From contig JAZLMO010000074.1 of the NCBI GenBank assembly GCA_045598675.1, positions 1,819 to 65,818 on the forward strand: a DNA stretch of 64,000 nt. Direction: 5' to 3'. The position numbers were made by a program, and so were the translations under genes. The notes under the pieces are model-generated. The model searched no databases. It was not told the DNA's origin and saw only the letters and a list, made by a program, of their open reading frames with translations. Below, one piece after another: positions 35,190 to 45,407 of the stretch (positions within the stretch are counted from its first letter, which is position 1; every line of letters begins with the position of its first letter). Source of the DNA: Sphaerochaetaceae bacterium. Its GTDB lineage: Bacteria > Spirochaetota > Spirochaetia > Sphaerochaetales > Sphaerochaetaceae.

Positions 35190-38100
35190 ATGTCTATTTC
35201 AAAAACATCCGTCAGAAAACCGGTTACGGTTCTGATTTTATGTATACTTATTGCGATTATAGGGCTGAATGCCATGGGTAAGCTTCCTCTGGAGCTATTA
35301 CCTGATATGGATATCCCGTACATAATGGTAAATACGACATTTACGGGAGCAAGTCCTGAGGAAGTTGAAGAAAAAGTAACCAAGATACTGGAAAGCTCAT
35401 TGTCTTCAGTTGCGGGCTTAAACAAAATTTCTTCAACATCAAGTAAGGGAAATTCTACTATAGTAATGGAATTTACCGTAGGAACGAACCTTGATGAAGC
35501 GTCAAATACAATCAGAGACAGAATTGATATGGTAAAGAGTTACCTGCCTTCTGATGCAGGAACTCCAACTCAGTTCAAAGTTGATATGTCCATAATGCCG
35601 CTGATGATTATTGTTCTTGATTCTCCGAGTAAATCTGCAGAAGAACTTAAGGTACTTGCGGAAGATGTTGTTGCTCCGCGCCTGGAACAGATTGACGGAG
35701 TAGCATCTACAACCATCATAGGCGGTAGGGAAAGAGCAATCCGTATTGAGATTCCAAAAGACAGAATAGAAGGTTACGGACTTTCATTCAGTCAGATTGC
35801 CCAGATGATTGCCGCTCAGAATTCCAACAGTTCTATGGGCTCAGTAACGGAAAACGGACTTGAATATACAGTTGAATCTCACGGTACTTTCGACAGTGTG
35901 GAAGAAATAGCCGACACAACAATCAGTTATAAATCAGGTGCAGACGGTCAGATCAGACAAATCAGACTGGGAGATATAGCAGAAGTTTATGACGGTTTCA
36001 AAGATGCCACTTCACTTTTCAGAACAGGAAACAAAGACTGTGTAGCAGTTACAGTTTCAAAACAGACTGAAAAAAATACCGTAAAGGTCGCTGAAAAAGT
36101 TGTTTCGAGAATTGATCAGATTAAGGCTGCTTTACCGGATGATTGTACTGTTGAGGTTGTATACAATTCATCCGACGACATTTCCAGAACAATCAGTCAG
36201 GTAACATCTTCTGCAGTTCAGGGTGCAGTACTTGCAATTCTGATTCTGCTGTTCTTCCTCAGAAGCGGAAAGTCAACTGTAATCATAGGTATTACAATTC
36301 CTCTTTCAGTTGTTTTGACACTCCTTGTTATGTACTACAGTGATCTTACGCTTAACCTCATGACATTGGCAGGTCTTTCTCTTGGAATAGGAATGCTTGT
36401 TGATAATGCCATTGTTATTCTCGAGAATATTTATTCTTACAGAGAAAGGGGAACAAAACCTCAGGTTGCTTCAGTTCTAGGATCTGAAGAAATGGCTTCT
36501 GCAATAACTTCTTCAACTCTTACGACAATCTGTGTATTCCTTCCTATGATTATGTACAGATCAAAACTGGGTCTTATAGGTCAGGTTTTTGATCAGCTTG
36601 CACTTACTGTTGTAATTTCATTGGTGTCTTCCCTTGTTCTTGCTCTGACTCTGGTTCCGGTTCTGACAAGTAAATATCTTGTTTCAAAACATATCAACAG
36701 ACAGGACGGTGGAAAAGTATATAACTTAATCGGAAAAATACTCGATAAGATTGACGGTATATTTGCCAAGACTTCCGAATGGGTTTTTGAACATAAGAAG
36801 TTCTTCATTATCTGTATTCTCATACTGTTCATATTCTCATGTGTAATGATTAAGGTACTGGGATTTGTCTATATGCCGGACAGTGAGCAGACAATACTTT
36901 CATTCACATTTGATATGCCTAAAGGCACAGACCTTGCAACCACAGCTCAAAAGGTTTCCGAATTCAACAGAGAAGTGTTGGGTACAGTCAAAGGAGTAAA
37001 GAAAGATGCTGTTATTGTCGGAGCGGGAATGGGCTCTATGGGTGGCGCAACCGGTGCAAACTCCGCTTCCGTTATGTATGTTTTTTATGAACATGATGAG
37101 CGGGAAAAAGATTGGGATACCGCAGAAACTGCAAGGGTTAAAATCTCGGCACTGAAAGATAAATATCCTGAAGCGTCCATCAATATTTCATCCACTTCTG
37201 CAACAGGTTCAATGGGTGGAAGTTCCGGAATATCAATTTCTGTAAAATCAACAGATCTTGAAGCCTGCAGAACAACTGCAAAAGAAGTGGAAGAAATTCT
37301 CAAAAATAAATGTGGCGGAATTGTCACAGATGTAAGTTCAAGTATGTCTGAAGGACTGCCTCAGCTTTCAATAATTTTCGACAGAGATAAAATGTATTCG
37401 CTGGGTGTCAATATTGCTACAGCCAATGCAGAAATCAAAGCAAATATCGGAGGCATGACATGTGCCCGTTTCTCAGACGGAGGTTCGGATATTGATGTTG
37501 TTCTTTCCTTGCCTGAACAGGACAGAAATGCTGTAGCAGACATTGACAACATTATGGTTTCAAGCTCATTCGGATACCAGGTTCCTCTGGCTGCATTTGC
37601 AAGGGTTGAGGAAACAAGAGGTGCTCTTTCAATAGCCCGTGAGAATCAGAGCAGAGTTGTAACAATTACGGCTTCAGCGGCAGAAGGAGTTGTTCTGTCA
37701 ATTGCAAAGAATCAAGTTCAGAAAATAATTGATGACAATCTTGCAGTTCCTGAAGGAGTGCTCATTTCATTCTCTGGAGATTATGAAAGCATGATTGAAT
37801 TCCTTAAGATATTCATTGAAATCATTGCAATAGCAATCCTGATGGTTTTTGCAATAATGGCAAGTCAGTTTGAGAGTTTCAAGAGTCCGTTCATTGTTAT
37901 ATTCACACTTCCTCTGGGATTGATAGGAATAGTAATCATGTACATATTCTTCAGACTTCCTTTCAATGTTCTTACGGCAGTAGGCGCACTGATACTTGTA
38001 GGTGTTGTAGTTAACAACGGTATTGTTCTTGTGGATTACACAAATCTTCTCAGAAAGAGAGGTATGGCTTTGGCTGAAGCCTGTCTGGCTGCTTCAAAAT

Positions 38101-38324
38101 CACGACTCAGACCGGTTCTTATGACAACACTTACAACTGTTCTGGCTCTTGTCCCTATGGCATTCTTCCCGGGCGAAGGAGGAGAAATGGTTCAACATGT
38201 AGGTATTACCGTATTCGGAGGTCTTACATTCGGAACCTTGATGACGCTCTATCTGATTCCTTGCCTTTATTATATTTTCAACAAGAAGAAGGCAATGAAG
38301 GAGGCTATGAATGAAGAGGCTTGA
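35190..38324 (+). CDS. RND (AcrB/HAE1-type) efflux permease
   Basis: 1044 aa with 12 TM segments and two large periplasmic loops. Typical blocks are GLSLGIGMLVDNAIVILENI and ILVGVVVNNGIVLVDY. Confidence 0.92.
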   Translation: MSISKTSVRKPVTVLILCILIAIIGLNAMGKLPLELLPDMDIPYIMVNTTFTGASPEEVEEKVTKILESSLSSVAGLNKISSTSSKGNSTIVMEFTVGTNLDEASNTIRDRIDMVKSYLPSDAGTPTQFKVDMSIMPLMIIVLDSPSKSAEELKVLAEDVVAPRLEQIDGVASTTIIGGRERAIRIEIPKDRIEGYGLSFSQIAQMIAAQNSNSSMGSVTENGLEYTVESHGTFDSVEEIADTTISYKSGADGQIRQIRLGDIAEVYDGFKDATSLFRTGNKDCVAVTVSKQTEKNTVKVAEKVVSRIDQIKAALPDDCTVEVVYNSSDDISRTISQVTSSAVQGAVLAILILLFFLRSGKSTVIIGITIPLSVVLTLLVMYYSDLTLNLMTLAGLSLGIGMLVDNAIVILENIYSYRERGTKPQVASVLGSEEMASAITSSTLTTICVFLPMIMYRSKLGLIGQVFDQLALTVVISLVSSLVLALTLVPVLTSKYLVSKHINRQDGGKVYNLIGKILDKIDGIFAKTSEWVFEHKKFFIICILILFIFSCVMIKVLGFVYMPDSEQTILSFTFDMPKGTDLATTAQKVSEFNREVLGTVKGVKKDAVIVGAGMGSMGGATGANSASVMYVFYEHDEREKDWDTAETARVKISALKDKYPEASINISSTSATGSMGGSSGISISVKSTDLEACRTTAKEVEEILKNKCGGIVTDVSSSMSEGLPQLSIIFDRDKMYSLGVNIATANAEIKANIGGMTCARFSDGGSDIDVVLSLPEQDRNAVADIDNIMVSSSFGYQVPLAAFARVEETRGALSIARENQSRVVTITASAAEGVVLSIAKNQVQKIIDDNLAVPEGVLISFSGDYESMIEFLKIFIEIIAIAILMVFAIMASQFESFKSPFIVIFTLPLGLIGIVIMYIFFRLPFNVLTAVGALILVGVVVNNGIVLVDYTNLLRKRGMALAEACLAASKSRLRPVLMTTLTTVLALVPMAFFPGEGGEMVQHVGITVFGGLTFGTLMTLYLIPCLYYIFNKKKAMKEAMNEEA

Positions 38325-38598
38325 AATAGTAATCAGTCAGTCGGTGGAAGAAGATTTCTTTGCATTATGCAGAAAAAAGGGAGTCGGTCGTTCTTACACA
38401 AAAATCAATGATGTCTGCGGAGAAGGTCTTCAGACTCCTAAAATGGGTACACCGATTTGGCCACAACTTAATAATATAATCATCATTGTCTGTCCGGAAT
38501 CAGAAGCATCTGAAATAACAAGGATTATTATCGAGCTCAGAGCCCAGTTCCCTGATGACGGAATCTTCTGCTCGGTTTCGGATGTCAGTGTAATTTGA
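38311..38598 (+). CDS. Small PII-like transporter-associated protein
   Basis: 95 aa, overlaps the RND stop by 14 nt, with a beta-alpha-beta pattern (MKRLEIVISQSVEEDFFALC...). It resembles the small PII-fold proteins found downstream of RND pumps. Assigned by context and fold pattern only. Confidence 0.45.
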   Translation: MKRLEIVISQSVEEDFFALCRKKGVGRSYTKINDVCGEGLQTPKMGTPIWPQLNNIIIIVCPESEASEITRIIIELRAQFPDDGIFCSVSDVSVI

Positions 38599-38620
38599 TG
38601 ACAGCAGTTTGACAGTAAAT

Positions 38621-38656
38621 CTCCCGGATTCTATAATCGGATTCGGGAGTTTTTTT
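38621..38656 (+). terminator. Rho-independent terminator after the RND operon
   Basis: CTCCCGGATTC (38621-38631) pairs with GGATTCGGGAG (38639-38649), 11 bp including two G-U pairs, followed by T7 (38650-38656). Confidence 0.7.
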
Positions 38657-39832
38657 ATGAGCAGCTTGATTATCAATGCCAATCTGAGTTCCGGTTTTGC
38701 GACACTCAGAAACTGTGCCATTCATTTTGATGATAATGGAATCATTACTGATGTATTCAATATGTCACGTCTGTCTTCCAGATATTATGAAAAAGATGTG
38801 AAAATCTATGATGCACAAAACAGTATTGTAACACCCGGATTGATAGATTCACATCTTCATGGAATCGGAGGATTCGGTACGGAAGATATGAAAGACCAGT
38901 CAATTCTGGGGATGAGCCTTGCTCTGGCAAAATGCGGAGTAACCGGGTTCCTGCCTACTGTATTTACTGACAGCACAGAAGACATGATCAAAGCCATCAA
39001 AGCAATTAACGATGCAATGGGTCATGAAGAAGGTGCCAGAATTCTGGGAATAAATGTTGAAGGTCCTTTTATTTCTCCTTCCCGTGCAGGGGCTCAACCT
39101 GTGGAACACTGTAAGGCTGTTGATATTGGATTATTTGATAAGTTGATAGATGCAGGGGAAGGGAAAGTTGTATGTATGACTGTTGCCCCTGAACTTAAGG
39201 GAATGAGAGAGCTGGCTTTGCATGCAAGAAACAGAGGAATAATACTTCTTTCCGGTCACACAGATGCTTCTTATGAAAACATTATTGAAGGAATGCAGTG
39301 CGGAATCTTACATACAACTCATTTCTTCAATGCCATGAAAGGACTTCACCACAGAAACCCGGGAGCAGTAGGAGCGGTTCTGATTCAGAACGATATGAGG
39401 TGTGAAGTCATAGCAGACGGAAACCATGTGCATCCGGAACTTGTAAAGCTTCTGATCAAACTGAAGCCTGTGGAAAACATTGTTCTGATTACAGATTCCC
39501 TCAGACCTACAAATCAGGAATCCGGAGATTTTATAGTCAACGGAGAAAAGGCTCTTTTGGATGAAGACGGAGTCTTTGTAAAAGCTTCGGATAAAAGTGT
39601 ATTTTTCGGAAGTGCCCTGACTTTAAACAAAGCAGTTGCAAATGTATGCCGCTGGGGTTTTGACACTGAAACCGCAGTCAGAATGGCTTCTGAAAATCCG
39701 GCAAGGATATACAATCTGAAAAATATGGGAATGGTTCTTCCCGGCAACTATGCAGATATCAGTATTTTCGATGAACAATTCAATGCAAAAGCAGTTTTCA
39801 TCGGAGGAAAGCCCGTAGTCAATAATCTTTAA
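38657..39832 (+). CDS. nagA: N-acetylglucosamine-6-phosphate deacetylase
   Basis: GLIDSHLHGIGG metal site, NVEGPFISP, and HTDASYE/HFFNAM motifs. ATG at 38657 directly follows the terminator T-tract, so the start choice (38609 vs 38657) is uncertain. Confidence 0.85.
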   Translation: MSSLIINANLSSGFATLRNCAIHFDDNGIITDVFNMSRLSSRYYEKDVKIYDAQNSIVTPGLIDSHLHGIGGFGTEDMKDQSILGMSLALAKCGVTGFLPTVFTDSTEDMIKAIKAINDAMGHEEGARILGINVEGPFISPSRAGAQPVEHCKAVDIGLFDKLIDAGEGKVVCMTVAPELKGMRELALHARNRGIILLSGHTDASYENIIEGMQCGILHTTHFFNAMKGLHHRNPGAVGAVLIQNDMRCEVIADGNHVHPELVKLLIKLKPVENIVLITDSLRPTNQESGDFIVNGEKALLDEDGVFVKASDKSVFFGSALTLNKAVANVCRWGFDTETAVRMASENPARIYNLKNMGMVLPGNYADISIFDEQFNAKAVFIGGKPVVNNL

Positions 39833-39877
39833 TTACTGAATGTTAGTATGATATAATGCATTGACGGAGATTCGGCT

Positions 39878-41752
39878 ATGAGACACGGTTTTATAAAAGT
39901 TGCCTGTGCAACTCCTTCAGTTAAGGTTGCAGACTGTCAGAATAATACGGAACGTATTGTTTCTCTTATTAACAGAGCCCATGAGGAAGGAGTTCATCTT
40001 CTTGTCTTTCCGGAACTGAGTATTACAGGTTGTACGTGTCAGGATCTCTTTTTTCAGCAGACATTACTGGACAGTGCCAAAGAGTATTCCATATCCGTTG
40101 CGGAAAATGTACCCCGTAATATGGTTGTAGTATTCGGGGCTCCTCTTCAGATAGGTGTAAAGGTTTATGATTGCGCTGTTGTTGCCTCCACAGGAAAAAT
40201 ACTTGGAATTGTACCCAAGACTTCTTGCAACAGAAGATGGTTCTCCTCTCTTAATGAAAACGTTACAGCGGAAATAGGAGATGTATCTGTTTCTGTCTCT
40301 GATTCTTTGGTTTTTTCCTGTAATCAGATGCCTTCATTCCGTTTCTCATGTGAGATCGGAGAAGATTTGCTCAGAATTGATTCACCTTCATCTTTTTATG
40401 TACAAAGCGGTGCAAACATAATAGTAAATCTTTCTGCTTTTGCTTCTTTTGTAAGTCAGGAAACAAAGGTTGAGGATTTTGCAAAAGCTCAGAGTGCAAA
40501 ACTGAAATGTGCATACATTCTTGCAAATGCAGGAGAAGGTGAAAGTACAACAGATTGTGTCTATGCGGCACAGAATGCAGTTTATGAGAACGGAAGTTGC
40601 CTTGCATTTCAATCTATGAATGAAGATACACTTCTGATTACCGAAACAGATCTTCAGGCTTTGGAGTTTGCAAGACGTACAGACTCTGATTTTGACTGTC
40701 AGACTTATGGAGATGTTTCCTATATAGGATTTGACATTGAAATAGGTGAGACTCAGCTTACACGCAATATAAATAGCAATCCGTTTGTATCTCAGGATAT
40801 TAAAACCCAGAGAGCACAATGTTCCAAAATGTTTACACTGCAGGCTTTGGGTTTGAAAAAAAGAATAATTCATACACATTCAGAGAAAGCCGTAATAGGA
40901 ATTTCCGGAGGACTTGACTCTACACTTGCACTTCTTGTTGCCGTTAAGACTTTTGATATGATAGGACTGGACAGAAGCAATATAATCTGTGTCACCATGC
41001 CGTGTTTCGGTACAAGTGATAATACCAAAAACAATGCAGTCACATTGGTAAAAAATCTTGGATGTACACTAATTGAAATAAACATCAGAGAATCAGTCAG
41101 TCAGCATTTCAGAGACATCGGTCAGGACGAAACACTGTATGACACCACTTATGAAAATTCGCAGGCCCGTGAAAGGACTCAGGTTCTGATGGACATTGCA
41201 AATAAGGAAAACGGATTGGTTATAGGAACCGGAGATTTGAGTGAACTGGCATTGGGATGGGCTACATACAACGGAGATCATATGTCAATGTATTCCGTAA
41301 ATGCATCTGTTCCCAAAACTGTCATCAGGTTGATTGTCCGCAACTATGCAGGGGCTTCTGAAAACAGTGCATTAAGAGACGTTCTGTTTGCTGTCCTGGA
41401 CACACCTGTAAGCCCTGAGTTGGTACCGGGTACTCAGAATACGGAAGATCTTGTGGGACCTTATGAACTCCATGATTTTTTCATTTATCATATATTGAAA
41501 TCAGGCAGTTCTCCTTCAAAGGTTTTCCGTCTTGCAAAGCATGCATTCGGAGAAACCTATTCTGAAGATACGATTATGAAATGGCTTAAGATTTTCTACA
41601 GAAGATTCTTCAGTCAGCAGTTCAAGCGTTCATGTCTTCCTGACGGACCTAAGGTAACCGCAGTTTCGATTTCTCCGCGCGGAGCATTTCAGATGCCCAG
41701 TGACGCATGTGTACAGGAATGGAAAAAAGAACTGGAACAGTCTCTGATCTGA
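39878..41752 (+). CDS. nadE: Glutamine-dependent NAD+ synthetase (CN-hydrolase + NAD synthetase domains)
   Basis: N-terminal nitrilase-type domain (LLVFPELSITGCTCQD), C-terminal PP-loop ISGGLDS, and an overall length of 624 aa. Confidence 0.88.
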   Translation: MRHGFIKVACATPSVKVADCQNNTERIVSLINRAHEEGVHLLVFPELSITGCTCQDLFFQQTLLDSAKEYSISVAENVPRNMVVVFGAPLQIGVKVYDCAVVASTGKILGIVPKTSCNRRWFSSLNENVTAEIGDVSVSVSDSLVFSCNQMPSFRFSCEIGEDLLRIDSPSSFYVQSGANIIVNLSAFASFVSQETKVEDFAKAQSAKLKCAYILANAGEGESTTDCVYAAQNAVYENGSCLAFQSMNEDTLLITETDLQALEFARRTDSDFDCQTYGDVSYIGFDIEIGETQLTRNINSNPFVSQDIKTQRAQCSKMFTLQALGLKKRIIHTHSEKAVIGISGGLDSTLALLVAVKTFDMIGLDRSNIICVTMPCFGTSDNTKNNAVTLVKNLGCTLIEINIRESVSQHFRDIGQDETLYDTTYENSQARERTQVLMDIANKENGLVIGTGDLSELALGWATYNGDHMSMYSVNASVPKTVIRLIVRNYAGASENSALRDVLFAVLDTPVSPELVPGTQNTEDLVGPYELHDFFIYHILKSGSSPSKVFRLAKHAFGETYSEDTIMKWLKIFYRRFFSQQFKRSCLPDGPKVTAVSISPRGAFQMPSDACVQEWKKELEQSLI

Positions 41753-41767
41753 TACGAGGTGATAGAT

Positions 41768-41986
41768 ATGATGAAACATAAAATCCATGGGTTTCTTACA
41801 GCATTGATTCTCTCTGTAGTTTCATTTTTTGTAATTTTCTTTTTCTGTCCTGATTTCTCGGATAAGTATCTGGGTATCAGCTTCAAGGACAGAAAAAAGA
41901 TAGAAGCCAAAGCAGAAAAAGTTTCTTCTGCGGCAGAAGATGCCGTCAATGAAATAATCGATATTTCGACTCTGCTTAAAAAGTGA
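41768..41986 (+). CDS. Small single-pass membrane protein, function unknown
   Basis: One TM segment (FLTALILSVVSFFVIFFF) followed by a charged helical tail. GAGGTG lies upstream of the ATG, and the gene is tightly packed between nadE and polA. Confidence 0.45.
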   Translation: MMKHKIHGFLTALILSVVSFFVIFFFCPDFSDKYLGISFKDRKKIEAKAEKVSSAAEDAVNEIIDISTLLKK

Positions 41987-41987
41987 T

Positions 41988-44342
41988 ATGGATAATCAGA
42001 AGAAACGCGTATTTGTAATAGACGGATACGGCCAGATTTACCGTTCATATTTTGCATTTTTCTCAAATCCGTTGAAAGATAAAGACGGCAATAATGTTTC
42101 TGCCGTATTCGGATTTTTCAACAACCTTATGATGCTGATAAATAAATTCAGTCCTGATTATCTTGTTGTTGCACTTGATTCAAAAGGAAAGACATTCAGA
42201 CATGAGATGTATCCGGAGTATAAAGCAAACAGAGAAAAAACTCCCGAAGATCTCCATGCTCAGATTCCCGTGATAGTAAGAATGCTGGATGCTATGAACA
42301 TCAGGCACTTTGAACGTGAAGGAATGGAGGCAGATGACATCATTGCGACAATTGCAAAGAACAGCAGCGCAATCGGTCTTGAAACTGTAATGGTTACAGG
42401 AGATAAAGATCTCATGCAGTTGGTAAATGACAGTGTCTTTGCACTGCGTCCTCCGAGAAAGGGCGAACATGAGTACAGACTTTGTCATGCTGCGGAAGTT
42501 GAGGAAATATTTTCTGTCAGACCTGATCAGATTTGTGATTATCTGACAATTCTGGGAGATTCTTCAGACAATGTTCCCGGAATTGACGGCATTGGTGAAA
42601 AAGGTGCTGTCAAATTATTGGAACAATTCGGAACTCTTGAGAATGCTTATGAGAATCTTGATCAGATGTCCGCCGGAATCAGAACAAAACTTGAAAAAGC
42701 AAAAGACCATATAGAGTTATCAAAAAAACTGATTGTTCTTAAAGATGATCTGTTTGAGTCAAAAGAAATGGATTTGTCTGAATATGAAGTCAAATCCATC
42801 AACTGGGTTAATGCAATTCAGGAATTCTATTCAATAGGTTCCGACTCTCTTGTGAGAGCTGCAAAGCGTTTTCTTTCTCCTGGTTTTGTTCCTGCAAAAC
42901 CTTCTGAATATGTCAAGAAGACTCAGGTGTCGGATTTTGAAATACCACCTATGCCTGAAAATTTCAAAGCTGATGAATCTTTTGATATTCAGTTGGCAGC
43001 ATGGCTTTTGAATTCGGAAAAGTCAGAGCCTTCATATGAAGATATCTGCGAAAAATATCAGGCAGATTCGTTTGACAATCTTGTATGGATTCTGTCAAAC
43101 AGACTGAAGGAAAAAGGTCTTGATGGTATTTATTACAATCTGGAAATACCGCTTTCTTCTGTTTTGAAGAATATGGAAGAACAGGGTATTCTCCTTGATT
43201 CTGTAAAGCTGAGACAGTATGAAACAGAACTGAACAGGGCAATTTTCTCTCTTGAAACAGACATTTACACCCTTTGCGGGCATCCTTTTAATATTGCCTC
43301 TCCCAAACAGCTTCAGGAAGTTCTTTTCAACGAAAGAAAACTTGATCCTGTCAAAAAGACAAAGAGCGGCTACTCCACCGATTCGGAAGTTCTTGAAACG
43401 CTTTCTCTTACAACTGAAGATCCTCTTCCTGCAATGATTCTCAAGTACAGAACTTTGACAAAATTACTGTCTACTTACGTTGTGACTCTTCCGTCTCTTG
43501 CAGACAAAAACGGCAGGCTCCATACAACATTTGTCCAGACGGGAACTGCAACGGGAAGGCTTTCATCAAAGAATCCCAACCTTCAGAATATCCCTATCCG
43601 TACGGAAGAAGGGCGCAGAATAAGAGATGCCTTTGTTGCAAAAGAAGGGTGTGTTCTGGTTTCTGCAGATTATTCGCAGATTGAACTTGCAGTAATGGCA
43701 AGTATTTCAAAAGACAAGGCTTTGTGTGAGGCATTTATCAATGGTGATGATGTTCATACCAGGACTGCTTCTCTTATTTTCTCGGAGTTTCAGGAGATGG
43801 TCACTTCAGAGCAGAGAAGAATTGCAAAGACAATCAATTTCGGAGTTATTTACGGAATGTCTGCATTCAGATTGTCCCAGGAACTGAAAATTTCAAGAAG
43901 AGATGCACAGAATTTTATTGATAAATATTTTGAAACATACCGCGGAGTTTCGGATTTTATTAAGAAAACTTGCGAAGAAGCTTCTGAAAATCAATATGTA
44001 AAGACTCTTTTGGGACATATCAGATATATTCCTGAAATAACATCATCCAACAAGACTATCAAAAGTGCTGCAGAAAGGGTTGCAGTCAATACTGTTATTC
44101 AGGGAACTGCCGCAGAAATTGTTAAGACGGCAATGCTGAAAGTAGATAACGCTCTGAAAGAGAATAATCTCAAAACTAAGATGCTTTTGCAGGTTCACGA
44201 TGAAATAATTCTTGAAGTGCCGGAAAATGAAAAAGATACTGTGATAAAGTTGTTGAAACAGTGCATGGAAGGTGTGAAAATGCTCAGTGTTCCTCTTAGG
44301 GTAAGCATTGAAAGCGCTTTCAGCTGGGGGCAGATTCATTGA
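41988..44342 (+). CDS. polA: DNA polymerase I (5' nuclease + polymerase; 3'-5' exonuclease domain largely absent)
   Basis: 5'-nuclease motifs (VIDGYGQIYRSYFA, GDSSDNVPGIDGIGEKGA). Pol motifs A (DYSQIELAVMA), B (RRIAKTINFGVIYGMS) and C (QVHDEIILEV). The protein is only 784 aa. Confidence 0.92.
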   Translation: MDNQKKRVFVIDGYGQIYRSYFAFFSNPLKDKDGNNVSAVFGFFNNLMMLINKFSPDYLVVALDSKGKTFRHEMYPEYKANREKTPEDLHAQIPVIVRMLDAMNIRHFEREGMEADDIIATIAKNSSAIGLETVMVTGDKDLMQLVNDSVFALRPPRKGEHEYRLCHAAEVEEIFSVRPDQICDYLTILGDSSDNVPGIDGIGEKGAVKLLEQFGTLENAYENLDQMSAGIRTKLEKAKDHIELSKKLIVLKDDLFESKEMDLSEYEVKSINWVNAIQEFYSIGSDSLVRAAKRFLSPGFVPAKPSEYVKKTQVSDFEIPPMPENFKADESFDIQLAAWLLNSEKSEPSYEDICEKYQADSFDNLVWILSNRLKEKGLDGIYYNLEIPLSSVLKNMEEQGILLDSVKLRQYETELNRAIFSLETDIYTLCGHPFNIASPKQLQEVLFNERKLDPVKKTKSGYSTDSEVLETLSLTTEDPLPAMILKYRTLTKLLSTYVVTLPSLADKNGRLHTTFVQTGTATGRLSSKNPNLQNIPIRTEEGRRIRDAFVAKEGCVLVSADYSQIELAVMASISKDKALCEAFINGDDVHTRTASLIFSEFQEMVTSEQRRIAKTINFGVIYGMSAFRLSQELKISRRDAQNFIDKYFETYRGVSDFIKKTCEEASENQYVKTLLGHIRYIPEITSSNKTIKSAAERVAVNTVIQGTAAEIVKTAMLKVDNALKENNLKTKMLLQVHDEIILEVPENEKDTVIKLLKQCMEGVKMLSVPLRVSIESAFSWGQIH

Positions 44343-44389
44343 TTTTATTGCTCTGACGCATTAAAGTAAGAAAGTAAGCGGAGGGTAAT

Positions 44390-44674
44390 ATGCAGGTTCC
44401 TGATAATGAAATGACTCAGAGACTTTATGATGTTATTTCCAAACTTGATAATCCTGAGGATGTGAGAAAATTTTTCGAAGATGCTTGTACAATTAAGGAG
44501 ATTCTTGAAATAGCACAGCGTCTTGAAACAGCAGTACTTCTAGATAAGGGAATGAGTTATAAAGATATTTCCGCTAGTACGGGAGTCAGCTCCGCAACTG
44601 TCAGCCGTGTCAATAATTGTCTTCAATATGGGGATGGCGGGTATAAAGTTGCGTTGAAGCTCCTTGACAGTTGA
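44390..44674 (+). CDS. YerC/YecD family TrpR-related protein
   Basis: 94 aa with the FFEDACTIKEILEIAQRLE...SYKDISASTGVSSATVSRVNNCLQYG HTH block. Confidence 0.8.
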   Translation: MQVPDNEMTQRLYDVISKLDNPEDVRKFFEDACTIKEILEIAQRLETAVLLDKGMSYKDISASTGVSSATVSRVNNCLQYGDGGYKVALKLLDS

Positions 44675-44753
44675 TTTGCATTGACTTGTCATGTTAAGAA
44701 TTCTTATGTTAAGATGCTAAAGTTAAACTGATATATAAATTAAGAGGTATAAT

Positions 44754-45317
44754 ATGATTAAAGCCGGTCAGATTGATAAAGGTATGGGTCTTCTTATTAA
44801 GGGTGCACCTTTTATCTGTGTTGAACGTGAATTTGTTAATCCCGGAAAAGGCTCTGCATTTGTAAGACTTAAGCTTAAAAGCCCTACAACAGGACAGACT
44901 CTTCAGGAAACAATCAAGAGCCAGGATTCAGTAGAAGATATTGAAGTTATAGATCACAACTATCAGTACAGCTACAGTGACGGTGAATTCTTCCACATGA
45001 TGGATGAAGAGACATATGAAGATGTAACTGTTCCTATGACAACATTCCCTGATTATCAGCTTCTTATGAAAGAAGGTGAGAGTTACAGATGTACAACTTA
45101 CAATGATGAGATTCTTGACATCCAGATCCCTTCAAAGGTTGTCTATCTTGTTGCAGAAGCAGAAGAAGCAATTAAGGGAGATACGGTTCAGGGTGCAACA
45201 AAGTATGTTACAACAGAAACAGGTCTCAGAGTCAGAGTTCCTATTTTCATCAAACAGGGTGAAAAAATCAGAGTAAATACTGAAACAAAGGAATATCTTG
45301 AAAGAGTCAATAACTGA
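44754..45317 (+). CDS. efp: Elongation factor P
   Basis: Canonical EF-P sequence with the modification-loop lysine (VNPGKGSAFVRLKLK, Lys32). Confidence 0.93.
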   Translation: MIKAGQIDKGMGLLIKGAPFICVEREFVNPGKGSAFVRLKLKSPTTGQTLQETIKSQDSVEDIEVIDHNYQYSYSDGEFFHMMDEETYEDVTVPMTTFPDYQLLMKEGESYRCTTYNDEILDIQIPSKVVYLVAEAEEAIKGDTVQGATKYVTTETGLRVRVPIFIKQGEKIRVNTETKEYLERVNN

Positions 45318-45348
45318 TTTGATATCATTATCAGATTTATGATTGATA

Positions 45349-45379
45349 AGCTTCGGGTTGAAATCCCGGGGCTTTTTTT
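45349..45379 (+). terminator. Rho-independent terminator after efp
   Basis: AGCTTCGGG (45349-45357) pairs with CCCGGGGCT (45365-45373), 9 bp including two G-U pairs, with a 7-nt loop and T7 (45373-45379). Confidence 0.7.
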
Positions 45380-45407
45380 ATTCTGCGTGTTGGAGTAAAG
45401 TTTAAGT

